Below, in pieces: positions 40,451 through 51,242 of a stretch of DNA of 64,000 bases; positions within the stretch are counted from its first letter, which is position 1, and each line of letters opens with the position of its first letter. The notes under the pieces were generated by a model. The model searched no databases. It was not told the DNA's origin and saw nothing but the letters and a program-made list of their open reading frames with translations. The position numbers and the translations under genes were made by a program. The stretch is from Nitrosopumilus sp. (lineage in GTDB: Archaea; Thermoproteota; Nitrososphaeria; Nitrososphaerales; Nitrosopumilaceae), in assembly GCA_965224195.1 (NCBI GenBank), contig OZ245040.1:704001-768000 (forward strand). Reading direction: 5' to 3'.

Positions 40451-41767
40451 TCAAATCACCTTTGGTTTTGCAGATTTGATTGTAGATATTGTTCTTTTTA
40501 GGAGTAAATCTAACTCTGATTCAGATATTGCCAATGGGGGTACAAGCATGACTATGTTCCCCAGTGTTCTAAGATAGATTCCATTCTTTTTCCCTTCCTC
40601 AAAGAAAATTTTGTTTATGGACTTTTTAGGTGCAATTGGTATTTTTTTTGATTTATCCTTTACCAGTTCAATCCCCATGAGCATTCCTTTGTGTCTAATA
40701 TCTCCTACAATGTCTATCTCTGAAATTTCGTTATAATATTTTCCAAATATTTTAGATGTTTTTTGAATTTTTTTAATCAAATTATTTTTCTTGTACATTT
40801 TGAGATTCTCATATGCTACTGCAGCAGCAATTGGATTTCCAGTATACGTATGTCCATGGAATAGATGTTTCCAATCATTAAACTCTCCTAAAAATGAATC
40901 ATAAATTTTCTTATTTGTTAATGTTGCAGCCATTGTTAAATATCCTCCAGTTAACATTTTCCCATATGCTACAATATCTGGAGTGCTTTTTTGTTCTTCA
41001 TACTGAGCCATTGATCCCAATCTACCAAATCCCGTTGCTATTTCATCCAAAACAAGTAACACCCCATATTTTTTACACAGTTGACTGATCTTTTTCTGAA
41101 ATCCTTTAGGATAAATTATAACACCTCCTGCAACCTGTGCCCCACTTTCCATTACAAATGCTGCAATGCTGTCTTTTTTAGCAAATTTTTTTTCAATTTT
41201 ATCTAAACAATAATTTTGATAGTCTGTTAAAGTAAATTCTTTTGGCATTCTGTATTTGTTTGGAGCTGGAAATTGTATTGTTGAAAATAATTGTTTTTTA
41301 AATTTACCAAAAAATTCTGGAACATATCCCACAGACATTGCACCAAAGGTATCTCCATGATATCCATTTTGTAACGTTGCAATTTCTATTTTCTTTTTAT
41401 TACCCATATTTTTCCAATATTGTAATGCTATTTTGATTGCAATTTCCATTGCAGATGAACCATTATCTGAATAAAATACCTTGTACATTCTAGGCGATAT
41501 CTTTACAAGACTATCTGCAAGTTTTTCTACAGGTTCTGTTGTTAGGTTAAACTGTGATGAATGCTGCACTTTCTTGCTTTGTTGATTAATGGATTTGATT
41601 AGTTGTGAGTTTGAATGTCCCCATACGTTACACCACATTGAGGCTACACCGTCTATCATTTTGTTACCTTTAGAATCTGTTAACCATACTCCTTTTGCAC
41701 CAGTAATTTCTGTAAATTCTCTCCATTCTTTCATCTGGGTGTTTGGGTGCCAAACAGAACTTTTCAA
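40451..41767 (-). CDS. bioA: Adenosylmethionine-8-amino-7-oxononanoate aminotransferase
   Basis: VWHPNTQM, SMWCNVWGH, YHGDTFG, DEIATGFGRLG, GKMLTGGY and HGHTYTGNP. Confidence 0.95.
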   Translation of the reverse strand: MKSSVWHPNTQMKEWREFTEITGAKGVWLTDSKGNKMIDGVASMWCNVWGHSNSQLIKSINQQSKKVQHSSQFNLTTEPVEKLADSLVKISPRMYKVFYSDNGSSAMEIAIKIALQYWKNMGNKKKIEIATLQNGYHGDTFGAMSVGYVPEFFGKFKKQLFSTIQFPAPNKYRMPKEFTLTDYQNYCLDKIEKKFAKKDSIAAFVMESGAQVAGGVIIYPKGFQKKISQLCKKYGVLLVLDEIATGFGRLGSMAQYEEQKSTPDIVAYGKMLTGGYLTMAATLTNKKIYDSFLGEFNDWKHLFHGHTYTGNPIAAAVAYENLKMYKKNNLIKKIQKTSKIFGKYYNEISEIDIVGDIRHKGMLMGIELVKDKSKKIPIAPKKSINKIFFEEGKKNGIYLRTLGNIVMLVPPLAISESELDLLLKRTISTIKSAKPKVI

Positions 41768-41836
41768 CGGATTTTGTATAGTTTCAGATCTTAATAATTA
41801 ACCGATGAATTAATCAATGAATTATTCTAAAGATTT

Positions 41837-42523
41837 TTGTTGAAATCTCTCTTTATCACAGGAACTGACACTGATGTTGGGAAAACCTACATCACAGCGG
41901 GGCTTGCAGTTGTACTTCAAAAAATGAATGTAGATGTCGGTGTGATGAAGCCATTTGCGGCAGGATCTGCTGAAAAAAAAGGGTACAAATCTGAAGACAT
42001 TAAGATATTATCTCGTGCAGCACAAGTATGTGATCCTGAAAAATTAGTAAATCCCTATTTTTCCCCAATTCCTGCATCCCCATACACTGCATGGAAGAGA
42101 CTAAAAACAAAACCAAGAATTTCTACTATTCTATCTAGCTTTAAAAAATTAACAAAACTTCACGACATGATTCTAGTAGAGGGAATGGGCGGAATCATGA
42201 CTCCTATTCTCAAAGACTATTACATTACAAACTTGATTAAAGAAATGAAAATTTCCACAGTAATTGTAACTAGAAGTAAAGTTGGAACTGTAAATCATAC
42301 TATAATGACAGTAAAGATGTGTGAAAAATACAAAATTCCTGTTAAGGGAATTATAATTAATGATTTTGATAATGGTTATGCAGTTAAAGACTTGACTCGT
42401 GACTTGGAAAATCTTACTGGTGTGCCTGTTTTAGGTTCTATTCCTTTTATCAAAAATATGAGTAATGCATCATTATTTAAAATTTTTAAAAAGAATCTTG
42501 ATTTAAAATTACTATTAAAATAA
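41837..42523 (+). CDS. bioD: Dethiobiotin synthase
   Basis: FITGTDTDVGKT, MKP, VEGMGG and GTVNHT. Confidence 0.95.
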   Translation: MLKSLFITGTDTDVGKTYITAGLAVVLQKMNVDVGVMKPFAAGSAEKKGYKSEDIKILSRAAQVCDPEKLVNPYFSPIPASPYTAWKRLKTKPRISTILSSFKKLTKLHDMILVEGMGGIMTPILKDYYITNLIKEMKISTVIVTRSKVGTVNHTIMTVKMCEKYKIPVKGIIINDFDNGYAVKDLTRDLENLTGVPVLGSIPFIKNMSNASLFKIFKKNLDLKLLLK

Positions 42524-42768
42524 TTTAAAATATATTTTTAAAATAAAAGAAGACTATGGTACTGTGGTTATATCAAAACATTGCTGAAAATTACAACTGA
42601 TAGAACAAAGCCCCATATTCCAACATGAATATTTTTTGTATTCTTGATTTGAATATCTTTTGCACTCATGATAAAGTATGATGATACGTATATCATAATA
42701 ACTAGTATGTGATTTTTTATAATAACATGGAAAATTGGATTAATTCAGGCTGAAATTTGTAAAAATTA

Positions 42769-43317
42769 CTAAATTCGTAAAATTTTAAATTTATTTGTGC
42801 CACTAACATTGCTGAATTTTGCAATTTCAAAGATTATTTTTGAGAATGAATTATCTTCTTTATTTAGTATGAATGATTTTTTTCCCACTTTGATATTTTC
42901 TGATAGCACTAACCATATGTTTTCTTTTTCAGGCTGAATTTTCTCTAATAATGATACCATTTCATTTATTGTTTTAATGTTTGAGGATTTGGGTATACAA
43001 ACCAACAATGTTTTTTTAGAATCTTTTTCCAAGGTCTTGATACCTGGAATTACAATATCTAATTCATTTCCGTTATACTCTACCTTTCTTTGGCTTGTAA
43101 TTAGTGCGTTAGTGAGCAAATAATGTAATAATCCTGTAGCTAACACTCCTATCACTTCATCTTTTTTTCCCATTGTTAGAATGTGATCATAGCAATTCTT
43201 TGTCACATCTTCAATTATTTGGTCAAATTTTTTTTCAGTGACTAATTTTGGAATTATTTCTGAATTTTCTATATATTCAAACAAATAATCCTTAATTGGG
43301 TTTGATTCTTCTTCCAT
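42769..43317 (-). CDS. Hypothetical protein (182 aa)
   Basis: Clean ORF; QRKVE...ELDIVIP weakly suggests a restriction-endonuclease-like fold. Confidence 0.65.
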   Translation of the reverse strand: MEEESNPIKDYLFEYIENSEIIPKLVTEKKFDQIIEDVTKNCYDHILTMGKKDEVIGVLATGLLHYLLTNALITSQRKVEYNGNELDIVIPGIKTLEKDSKKTLLVCIPKSSNIKTINEMVSLLEKIQPEKENIWLVLSENIKVGKKSFILNKEDNSFSKIIFEIAKFSNVSGTNKFKILRI

Positions 43318-43395
43318 ATCTTAACAGCAACTATGATTCTTTTTAATAAAATCTTTGTTAGGTTATTTTAAAAAGCCAAATGTGTAATCTTTATC

Positions 43396-43851
43396 ATGGT
43401 AATTGTTGGAGATTTAATTGAATTATTTGATGAGGAACAAGATTCTGACAATACTACAGTTTTTAAAAATTTAGAAAGTATTCCATGGACTATTCATGAC
43501 GAATGTAAAATACTTGTAGAGATTTTTTCATTATATTCCATTAATTCTGGAATCATTGTAATCAATGATGTGCATTTTGAATTATTTGATCAAGTAAAAA
43601 AATCTGAATTTAGTCATATTTTTGTTCATATAGATCAATATGAGGAGATGTTCATACTGTTTTTTGAATTTGCGATTGAAACTGGAGTCGATGAATTTGT
43701 ACATTTTGGATTTGTTCCAGCCAGTGATTTTTTTGAGGCTTTGTCTTCTAATCCTGGTTTAAAAATAAAAACAAAAAACTTCAAAATTTCTGAGGATGCT
43801 GTAAAAAGAATTTTGGGAAAACTAGATAATTTTAACTCAAAATATTCTTAA
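43396..43851 (+). CDS. Hypothetical protein (151 aa)
   Basis: Clean acidic ORF with no recognised motif. Confidence 0.55.
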   Translation: MVIVGDLIELFDEEQDSDNTTVFKNLESIPWTIHDECKILVEIFSLYSINSGIIVINDVHFELFDQVKKSEFSHIFVHIDQYEEMFILFFEFAIETGVDEFVHFGFVPASDFFEALSSNPGLKIKTKNFKISEDAVKRILGKLDNFNSKYS

Positions 43852-44026
43852 AATTCACCGTTTTAATATTATTCGTTGTAAACAATTTCATTATCTGTGA
43901 ATACGTTAGCGTCCTACTAAACTGTTATCTTATTTCGGAACTGGTAAGTTATCGAGGCTTTGTGCATTCACAAAGTCCCGCCAATTTACCAGTTCCCAAA
44001 ATTGGAATAAGAAATATGTTTCATTA

Positions 44027-44596
44027 ATGGAAAAATATCTTGACAAAATAACTCCACAGGTAGGAGAACAATGGAGAACAGATGAATTATATCTCAAAAT
44101 CAAGGGCGATAAAAAATATCTCTTTGCCATGCTAGATTCAGAAACTAGATTTTGGCTGTCTCAAATGGTATCAGAACACAAGGGAAATGATGATGTATCT
44201 CCAATGTTTGCAGAAGCTAAGAGAAAAGCAAAGAAAGTTCCAACTACATTAATTTCTGATGGTGCTGCTAATTTTCATCATGCTTGGAAACAACAATACA
44301 AAGCCAAAAATTTTCTACATAAGGACACAGAACATCATAGACACATTCATTTATCAGGCGATATGAATAATAACCAAATGGAATCTTTTAATTCAAACAC
44401 TCTAAGAGCAAGAGAGAAAGTAATAAGAGGAATCAAAAAAGATAACTCTGCATTGCTCAAAGGTATGCAGATTCACCACAATTTCATAAGACCTCATCAA
44501 GGATTAGATGGAGATACACCAGCAGATAGATCAGGGATTATCATACAAGGAGATAACAAATGGAAGACCATAATCCAAAATGCAAGTAAGAATTAG
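44027..44596 (+). pseudogene. N-terminally truncated IS6-like DDE transposase
   Basis: WRTDELYLKIKG, MLDSETRFWL, ISDGA, NNNQMESFN and HNFIRPHQGL. The upstream coding NWNKKYVSL is cut by the hairpin unit. Confidence 0.8.
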
Positions 44597-44880
44597 GAAT
44601 CTAGTTTGTCTACTCTTGCAGTAAGATTGGCAATATTATCACCATCAGTTTCCAACATCTCAAAAACATCAGGGATTATTTTTGTATCCTTTTCAACAAT
44701 ATTTAATTTTGATTCAATTTTATCCAGTCTCTTTTCCATATCATCAAATCTTTGATACACAAAATTAAATTTTTCATTAAGTGGAGTTACCAATAATTTG
44801 TTAATTTGTGTGGTAATTTCCTTATGAAGACATATGTTAGACTTTGTAATGAAATCCTTAGTTTCTTTATCAAGTACCAT
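44593..44880 (-). CDS. Small coiled-coil protein carried inside the element
   Basis: 95 aa with a heptad pattern (FDDMEKRLDKIESKL). Confidence 0.6.
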   Translation of the reverse strand: MVLDKETKDFITKSNICLHKEITTQINKLLVTPLNEKFNFVYQRFDDMEKRLDKIESKLNIVEKDTKIIPDVFEMLETDGDNIANLTARVDKLDS

Positions 44881-45194
44881 ATTATATCATACACAATTTG
44901 ATTATTTAATACATACTTTGTCGCCTAAGTTGATGTACGGTACATGGTAAATATACATACGGTACTGGTTGGTACGTAAGCCTCGACACTTTCCACGAAT
45001 AAGATTTGTAGCCAAGCCTCGCTAACTTACCAAAACCAAATCATGGGAACTGGTAAATTGGCGGGACTTTGTGAATGCACAAAGCCTCGATAACTTACCA
45101 GTTCCTTCAAATTATTGTCAATTATTATGATATCGAATCGTCAGCTCCTGACACTTTCCAGAAGAAAACAGCTCCCGCTAAGTTACCAGTTCCC

Positions 45195-45455
45195 TTATTT
45201 CATGTCCCAAATACAAGTATCATGATTAAATGAGTGTGTACTGTTATCGATTTTTTTATCTGGGGCAAAACCACCAGGGATACAAAATTCAACATATGGA
45301 TTATTGCCTGTAGATGTTGTCTTTTCTACTATTGCTTCGGGTTCTATGTATCTCTCTGGGGTATTCATTCGTTCGTTAGCTGCAATAACTAGAAACAGTC
45401 CTACTGAAATCAAGGCAATTATTGGAATTATCCAATATCTGGATTCTTCATCCAT
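45195..45455 (-). CDS. Small membrane-anchored hypothetical protein
   Basis: N-terminal TM helix and two Cys; the stop codon lies in the right TSD. Confidence 0.6.
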   Translation of the reverse strand: MDEESRYWIIPIIALISVGLFLVIAANERMNTPERYIEPEAIVEKTTSTGNNPYVEFCIPGGFAPDKKIDNSTHSFNHDTCIWDMK

Positions 45456-45566
45456 GAATTTACAAAAATGAATTACCGTTATAATTCTGACTATTCATAA
45501 AATCTGATCGGTGAAGGGTTTGAAAATTTAAAAACTAAAATAAAATTTTGTTAACGAACGATATGT

Positions 45567-46961
45567 CTATTCGTTGTAAATATAGCGTCTTTCGCCTCTG
45601 GATTCTTTTTCAGTATCAACATGAACAAGAACAAATTCTTTCTTTGAATGTACCATGGATTTTTCAGGGGAGACTTTGTTTTCGTGCAATTCTTCATATT
45701 CCTCCCATGTGAGTCTACGTCTATCTCCAATTTCTGCTTCCAAATTCATCTCCTTTACAATTTCTTTGTAAGCGGGTTGAACTACTCCACTAAACACCAT
45801 TGCACTACTTCCACTCCCATATGAGCCAAATCCAATTCTTTTTCCTTCAAGATCAATTCCTTTTTGATATTCAAATTCTAAACTGCTTCTAAATCCTAAA
45901 TAAAGTGATGCAGTATACAAATTTCCTATCATACTTGATGCAATTAGTGAACTAGATAGTTTTGATTCGTAAACTTCCTGATATGATTGAGTTTTTGTAA
46001 ATAGTTTAGTAAATTCGTGATCTTTTGTCATAAATTCTTCATCTCCCAGTACTGATTCAATAGTTCCTCGAGGATCTTTTGGAATTGGCTCTTCAATTCC
46101 TATTTCGTTTAGAATGTTATTCCATCTTGGTAATTGTCTCCATTCATGTCTAACAAGATATGCTAATGCTTTCTTTCCCATGTTACTATAAGGCAAATGC
46201 ATGTTAATGTAGTCCATATGATCCAAAATTGTCTCGCCTGATTCCATTTTGATTAATCCTGAGGATATGACTTTTTTCTTATATGCTTCAAGTGCTTTTC
46301 TTACTTGAATCATGTAAAGTAAATTAGAATATTGTCCATGAACAATAGGGGTTTCTTTTCCAAAAGGTCTGTAGAAATCATATTCATCTTTAATTGATGT
46401 TGAAGTTACTTTGGGATCAAATGCTAATAATTTTGGGTTATCATTTAGAAGCATTGCAACTGCCCCTGCTCCTTGTGTCATTTCACCGCTAGAGCCCATA
46501 TCGTATTTTGCAATATCTGAAACTACTACAAGTGCTGCCTTTCCATCTGCTTCATCAGCTCTAATCCAGTTGGCATTGTCATAAAGAGCATAAGAACCAC
46601 TCACACATGCAAATTTTGTTTCAACCCCGCCACAGTGCTCAAATGCACCTTGACCATAAACTTGCTCTAACATTCCAATGACGTAAGAATTCATTGCTTT
46701 TGATTCATCAAATGCTGATTCAGTTGAAACGTATAATCTTCCTATGTCTTCTGGTGAAAGTTTATTTTTTTGCATAATTCGTAAACATGCATTAGCTGCA
46801 AGACATGCTGGGTCTTGATTAGAATCAACCATTGCCATCTGTGAAATGCCTAAACCTTTTTGTAATTTTACAGGGTCTAATCCTCTATTATCTGCAAAAT
46901 CAGCTGCATCGATATACAATCTTGGAATGTATATTGCAATGTCATCTATTCCAGCTACCAT
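45567..46961 (-). CDS. Hydroxymethylglutaryl-CoA synthase
   Basis: GIDDIAIYIP, TESAFDESK, KFACVSG (catalytic Cys), TQGAGAVAM, DFYRP, HLPY, GNLYTASL and SYGSG. Confidence 0.93.
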   Translation of the reverse strand: MVAGIDDIAIYIPRLYIDAADFADNRGLDPVKLQKGLGISQMAMVDSNQDPACLAANACLRIMQKNKLSPEDIGRLYVSTESAFDESKAMNSYVIGMLEQVYGQGAFEHCGGVETKFACVSGSYALYDNANWIRADEADGKAALVVVSDIAKYDMGSSGEMTQGAGAVAMLLNDNPKLLAFDPKVTSTSIKDEYDFYRPFGKETPIVHGQYSNLLYMIQVRKALEAYKKKVISSGLIKMESGETILDHMDYINMHLPYSNMGKKALAYLVRHEWRQLPRWNNILNEIGIEEPIPKDPRGTIESVLGDEEFMTKDHEFTKLFTKTQSYQEVYESKLSSSLIASSMIGNLYTASLYLGFRSSLEFEYQKGIDLEGKRIGFGSYGSGSSAMVFSGVVQPAYKEIVKEMNLEAEIGDRRRLTWEEYEELHENKVSPEKSMVHSKKEFVLVHVDTEKESRGERRYIYNE

Positions 46962-47070
46962 AAGCTAGATCTCGGAATTTCATTAATAAGGATATTGGGT
47001 AAATTCTAAATAACTAGGAGGGAAATTTTAGTAATTTTTGGCAATCTATTCACAAATTGATCGCAAAATA

Positions 47071-47775
47071 CTATTTTTCTAATTCTTCATTAAAAATTTT
47101 TTCAAATGTCTCAAATGGCTGTGCTCCAAAAAGTCTGGTTGTTTCACCATCTGAATTTATAACAAAAAATGCAGGCGTTCCTGTTAATTCTAAAGATCTT
47201 GCATCTTCATTACTATCTACAATTGTTTGTGAATGTTTTCCATCAATCATACATTCAGACCATACATCCACATCTAATCCAATTTCTTGAGCAAATGTTG
47301 CTAGATTTTCTGATGATGCCCATCCATTATTTTCACCAGTCCAGTTTGAATACAAAATGTCATGATATTCCCAAAACAATCCTTGATCTTTGGCGCAATG
47401 AGCACCATGTGATGCATTGACAGAGTCAGGACCGATAATATTGTAATCTTTAAAAATCATTTTAACTTTTCCTGTCTCTACATATTTTTTCAGAATATCA
47501 TCTTCTGTAGAATGAAAGAATACATTACAAAAATGGCATTGATAATCTCCAAATTCAATTAATGTAATTGGTGCATTTGGATTTCCTAGAATTGGTGACC
47601 CATTGTCCACAAATGTGTCTATTGTAACTTTAGGAGGGCCTGCTTGCTGAACTGATGTACTAGGTTCTATTTGAAATTCATTTGGGCTTGAAATGCTATC
47701 AAATCCGACAAATGTGATGACTAGTGCAACTGATGCAATTACAGCCACTATTGCCAAGGAAGGAACATGAATCAA
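47071..47775 (-). CDS. DsbA-family thioredoxin-fold protein
   Basis: GNPNAPITLIEFGDYQCHFC, GTPAFF and GAQPFE; likely TTG start at 47775. Confidence 0.88.
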   Translation of the reverse strand: MIHVPSLAIVAVIASVALVITFVGFDSISSPNEFQIEPSTSVQQAGPPKVTIDTFVDNGSPILGNPNAPITLIEFGDYQCHFCNVFFHSTEDDILKKYVETGKVKMIFKDYNIIGPDSVNASHGAHCAKDQGLFWEYHDILYSNWTGENNGWASSENLATFAQEIGLDVDVWSECMIDGKHSQTIVDSNEDARSLELTGTPAFFVINSDGETTRLFGAQPFETFEKIFNEELEK

Positions 47776-47900
47776 TAATGTTGATCTTTTTTTGATACAT
47801 TTAGTCTTTTGTAGATGATAAACCCATCTATGTTTAATATCTAAAATTTTTATCAATATTTAATAAAGTACTATTATTCTAAACTAAACTAGCATCAAAT

Positions 47901-48760
47901 ATGGTTTCCAAAGATGTTGTGTTGATTATAGAGGATAGCATTGCTATTGGGATACTACTAAAAGAGTTTCTGACCAAATTATCTTATTCTGATATTAAAA
48001 TTACAGAAACTGGGGAAACTGGTATCACTACTTTTAGAGAACTTGTTGAAAATAATACTTTTCCATTGGTTTTTCTTGATTATAATCTTCCGGACAGCAA
48101 CTGCAAAATCTGTAATGTCGCAAATTCTAACAATTAAGCCTGACACAAAAGTAATCATTGAAACTGCAAATAGCAAGGATGAAGATATAATAAAAGAGGT
48201 AATTGGATTGGGCGCTTATCACTATATCCAAAAACCAATTCATTTTAACGACATTAAAGAAATCATTGAAATTTTAGAAGAAGATACAATTCCTGATCCT
48301 GATTCAGAAAATATTGATGATAGTTACAAATTAGTTGATAGATACTTTAACACTTACAAACGCGTTAGTATTGCACGATTATTAGAACAAAGTCAATTGT
48401 CTGAAAACAATCTTTTCAACCATGTCAAATAACTTGAATCTGAAAAAAATATTTCACAATTAGATAATATTCGTGAATTGTGTTGTAATTCATGTGATAG
48501 CTTAAGATTAGCTCAAATTTTTCAATGTCCATCTTGCAAAAATTCTAATTTTGAACAAACAAAACTAATTGAACATTTTGATTGTGGTAATGTTTCCGAA
48601 GAATCTACTTATGCTGATAATACATGTCCTAAATGTAATAAACAGATTAAAGCATTAGGTGTGGATTATCGTGTTTTGAAAATATTATTTTGAATTGCGG
48701 ATTTAAAGATGAATTTCAAGAAGATCACGGACAGGTTTATGGCTACGCATTAAGAGTTGA
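47901..48760 (+). pseudogene. Response regulator (REC plus TackOD1-like Zn-ribbon output), frameshifted
   Basis: The REC domain (VLIIEDS...FLDYNLPD) continues in another frame (IIETA...YIQKPI). After a stop at 48430-48432 comes CNSC..CPSC..HFDC..CPKC..LGVDYR. The end coordinate is approximate. Confidence 0.75.
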
Positions 48761-48865
48761 AGATAAACTTTAACATCATATCAAAGTAATGCCTGATGGC
48801 AATATTGAATCAGAAATGGAACCACCACCTGCATATCCTGCAGTACATCTAAATCAAGAGCATAG

Positions 48866-49935
48866 TAGATGAGTTGCGCAATTACAAACAAAAATCTAAC
48901 TTTTCTATCATTTAATTCTTAATTTTATGGAATTGTAATGAATTCTTCTTTCCATTTAATCTTGAAATTGACAGTCCCACAAACAATTTCACTTATCACA
49001 TCATATCTGCATAATTTGTTTCTAAACACATCGCGATTTATCCGAAATTGCTTGACTTGTGCAATAACATGTCCAACTTTTATTCTAATTTTTGACTGCA
49101 TCTTGTTCCACTTCTTTTGAGTAACAGTCAATTTTTTTCCTTTCTTTTTCTTGTATGGCAAAACACTTGCCTATTCTGGAAAGTCTTTTTCCATCCCCAA
49201 ATATCCAAGATCATAAGACTGCAGCAACCCTTCAGATAATGTTGGATGCTTTGATTTGTAAATTCTGTAATCATGATGGCTGCCAGGCGAATGTGCAGAT
49301 TTGTGGATTGTTATCCCATCAGGATTTATGGCGATTTGATTTTGTACTGCATGTTTTTTCTTTTTGCCTGAATGGTGTGTCCTTCTTTTCTTTTTGTTTT
49401 TTGGTCTTGGGATGGGCTGTTCTGTGCCATCAGTGATTGCAACTAATTCCGGAAAGAATTCTTGCAATTCCTGCATGCCGTTAATCTTTTTTGAATCTGC
49501 ATATTTTTTGGCAGCAATTATAATGGACTGCTTCACTGCAGGCTCCAAACATCTGATGTTTCTCATTACGTTTGGTTTGTCCAAATCAAATATCATCCCT
49601 GGCATGTCATATGTTGTGTACATTCTGTAGTACATGAAAAACATTAGAATTCTGCCTTTGAAGGATAAGTCAAACTTGTGTCCTGCACCAATGTCTCTTT
49701 CTCTGTTTTTGGACAATCTCTTTTGTTCTGCAGTTTTGTAATTTTTCTTTATTTCTTTGTATAGGGAATCAAACTGTGGAACAGTTAGTCCTGCTATTGA
49801 CAGGAATTGCTTTGGTTTTTTTGCCAGTTTGTGCAATTAAACATGAATTGAAAATAATTCAGTCTTAGCTTTGGATCTTATGATTAGAAAATGTTGAGAT
49901 TATGCTCAAATTGGACTAATTGCACAACTTATCTA
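48866..49935 (-). mobile_element. IS5-family (ISL2-like, DDE_Tnp_4) element whose transposase has a premature stop
   Basis: TIRs TAGATGAGTTGCGCAATTA and TAATTGCACAACTTATCTA. ORFs 49171-49836 (DGTEQPIPRP, HSGKKK, DLGYLG) and 48925-49161 are in frame across a TAG. Confidence 0.85.
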
Positions 49936-49954
49936 GTCATGCTAATTAGAAATT

Positions 49955-50227
49955 ATGGAAAATGGTGATAATTATTATATCAATAATTATTTTGAAAACA
50001 TGAACCAAAAAGAAATGAATGATATTGTAAAAGAAGAATTGAGACATATTCCAAAAGGTTATGGGCCTAGACATGGATGGTTAAGATTCTATTACAACAG
50101 ACGCAGAAGGCATGATCTATCAAAAGGAAGAACAAAAGAAGAAACATTACAACATTGTATTGATGAAATAAAAGAACAAGATCCCAACTGGCATCCTGAA
50201 TTTGATGCTACTTTTTTCAAGATTTGA
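49955..50227 (+). CDS. Hypothetical protein
   Basis: 90-aa ORF with no recognised motif. Confidence 0.5.
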   Translation: MENGDNYYINNYFENMNQKEMNDIVKEELRHIPKGYGPRHGWLRFYYNRRRRHDLSKGRTKEETLQHCIDEIKEQDPNWHPEFDATFFKI

Positions 50228-50417
50228 ATTCTTAAATAACTGAGACTTGTGTATAGGAGAAGTCCAAGAAAGTTATGCATCTTATTTGGATGAGTATCAA
50301 CAAAAATTACAAAATATTTATCCTTAATTTTTTACGCCCAGTATTAAATTTTTTCTGTATATTGTAATGAAAAATAAACCAACTGCTATGATACCACATG
50401 ATCATTAGTATGAATTC

Positions 50418-51218
50418 ATGGCAAAAAGATACAAGTCAAAACTATCATACATGTTAAGAGAAATACCAATAAAATACATCAAAGTTTGGAAGGAAGCTCA
50501 GGCAAGAAAGATGGACAGGGATGGGATAGTAGATCTTGCAAAATCAATCAAAAATGATGGTCTGCTGAATCCACCAATGGTTCAAAAGGTGTCAAAAAAC
50601 GAGTATTTGCTAATGTCTGGACAAAGAAGATTAGCTGCAATGAAGAGGTTACGTGCTAAAACCATTCCTGCACATGTAATAACGAAAAAAACAGAAATGA
50701 CACTAGAGGAGGCAAAGGCCTCATCCGTAGTTGAGAATATTCACAGAAATGACATGACTCAAAAGGATATAGTTGCAGCAGCCAAGATACTAGCTGAAAA
50801 AATTGGTAAACGTGATGCTGCAAAATATCTTGGTGTAACTATTGTAACTCTATACAGGTATTTGGGCTTTGATGCAGTACCTGAACTTCTAAAGGAATTG
50901 GTTCCAAGTGTCATATCTCGTGATGATATTACGAAAATATTTTTGGCAGTCTCTAATGTTAATTCTGCTAAAAACATTGCAGAAAAATTGTACGGTATGG
51001 AGTTGCAGCTAAAAAAGCAATATGTTAAAATGCTGTGTATTTATCCTTCAAAATCTCATAATTCTTTATTGCAACTGGCTAAATCTTCAATGGTGAATCA
51101 AAAGATCTCTTTGAGACTAACAAAACGTGCTGCTAAATCACTCAAAGTCAAATCAAATAAATGTGATTTATCTCCTAATGATTTGGCTAAGCAAATATTG
51201 GAAAAATATCTAAAATAA
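50418..51218 (+). CDS. ParB/Srx N-terminal domain protein with an HTH
   Basis: LAKSIKNDGLLNPPMV, SGQRRLAA, VENIHRNDM and AAKYLGVTIVTLYRYL. Confidence 0.85.
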   Translation: MAKRYKSKLSYMLREIPIKYIKVWKEAQARKMDRDGIVDLAKSIKNDGLLNPPMVQKVSKNEYLLMSGQRRLAAMKRLRAKTIPAHVITKKTEMTLEEAKASSVVENIHRNDMTQKDIVAAAKILAEKIGKRDAAKYLGVTIVTLYRYLGFDAVPELLKELVPSVISRDDITKIFLAVSNVNSAKNIAEKLYGMELQLKKQYVKMLCIYPSKSHNSLLQLAKSSMVNQKISLRLTKRAAKSLKVKSNKCDLSPNDLAKQILEKYLK

Positions 51219-51242
51219 CACTACTTGATAACTATACAAACA

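Larger units (their letters stand above)
43937..45193. mobile_element. IS6-type composite element with 8-bp TSD and nested 60-bp hairpin units
   Basis: Ends GGAACTGGTAA and TTACCAGTTCC. TSD CTTATTTC at 43929-43936 and 45194-45201. Exact inverted 60-bp units at 43937-43996 and 45046-45105. Confidence 0.85.

Noticed and set aside
42568-42669. 33-aa hydrophobic ORF on the minus strand
   Set aside because: Too short, with no supporting motif or context.
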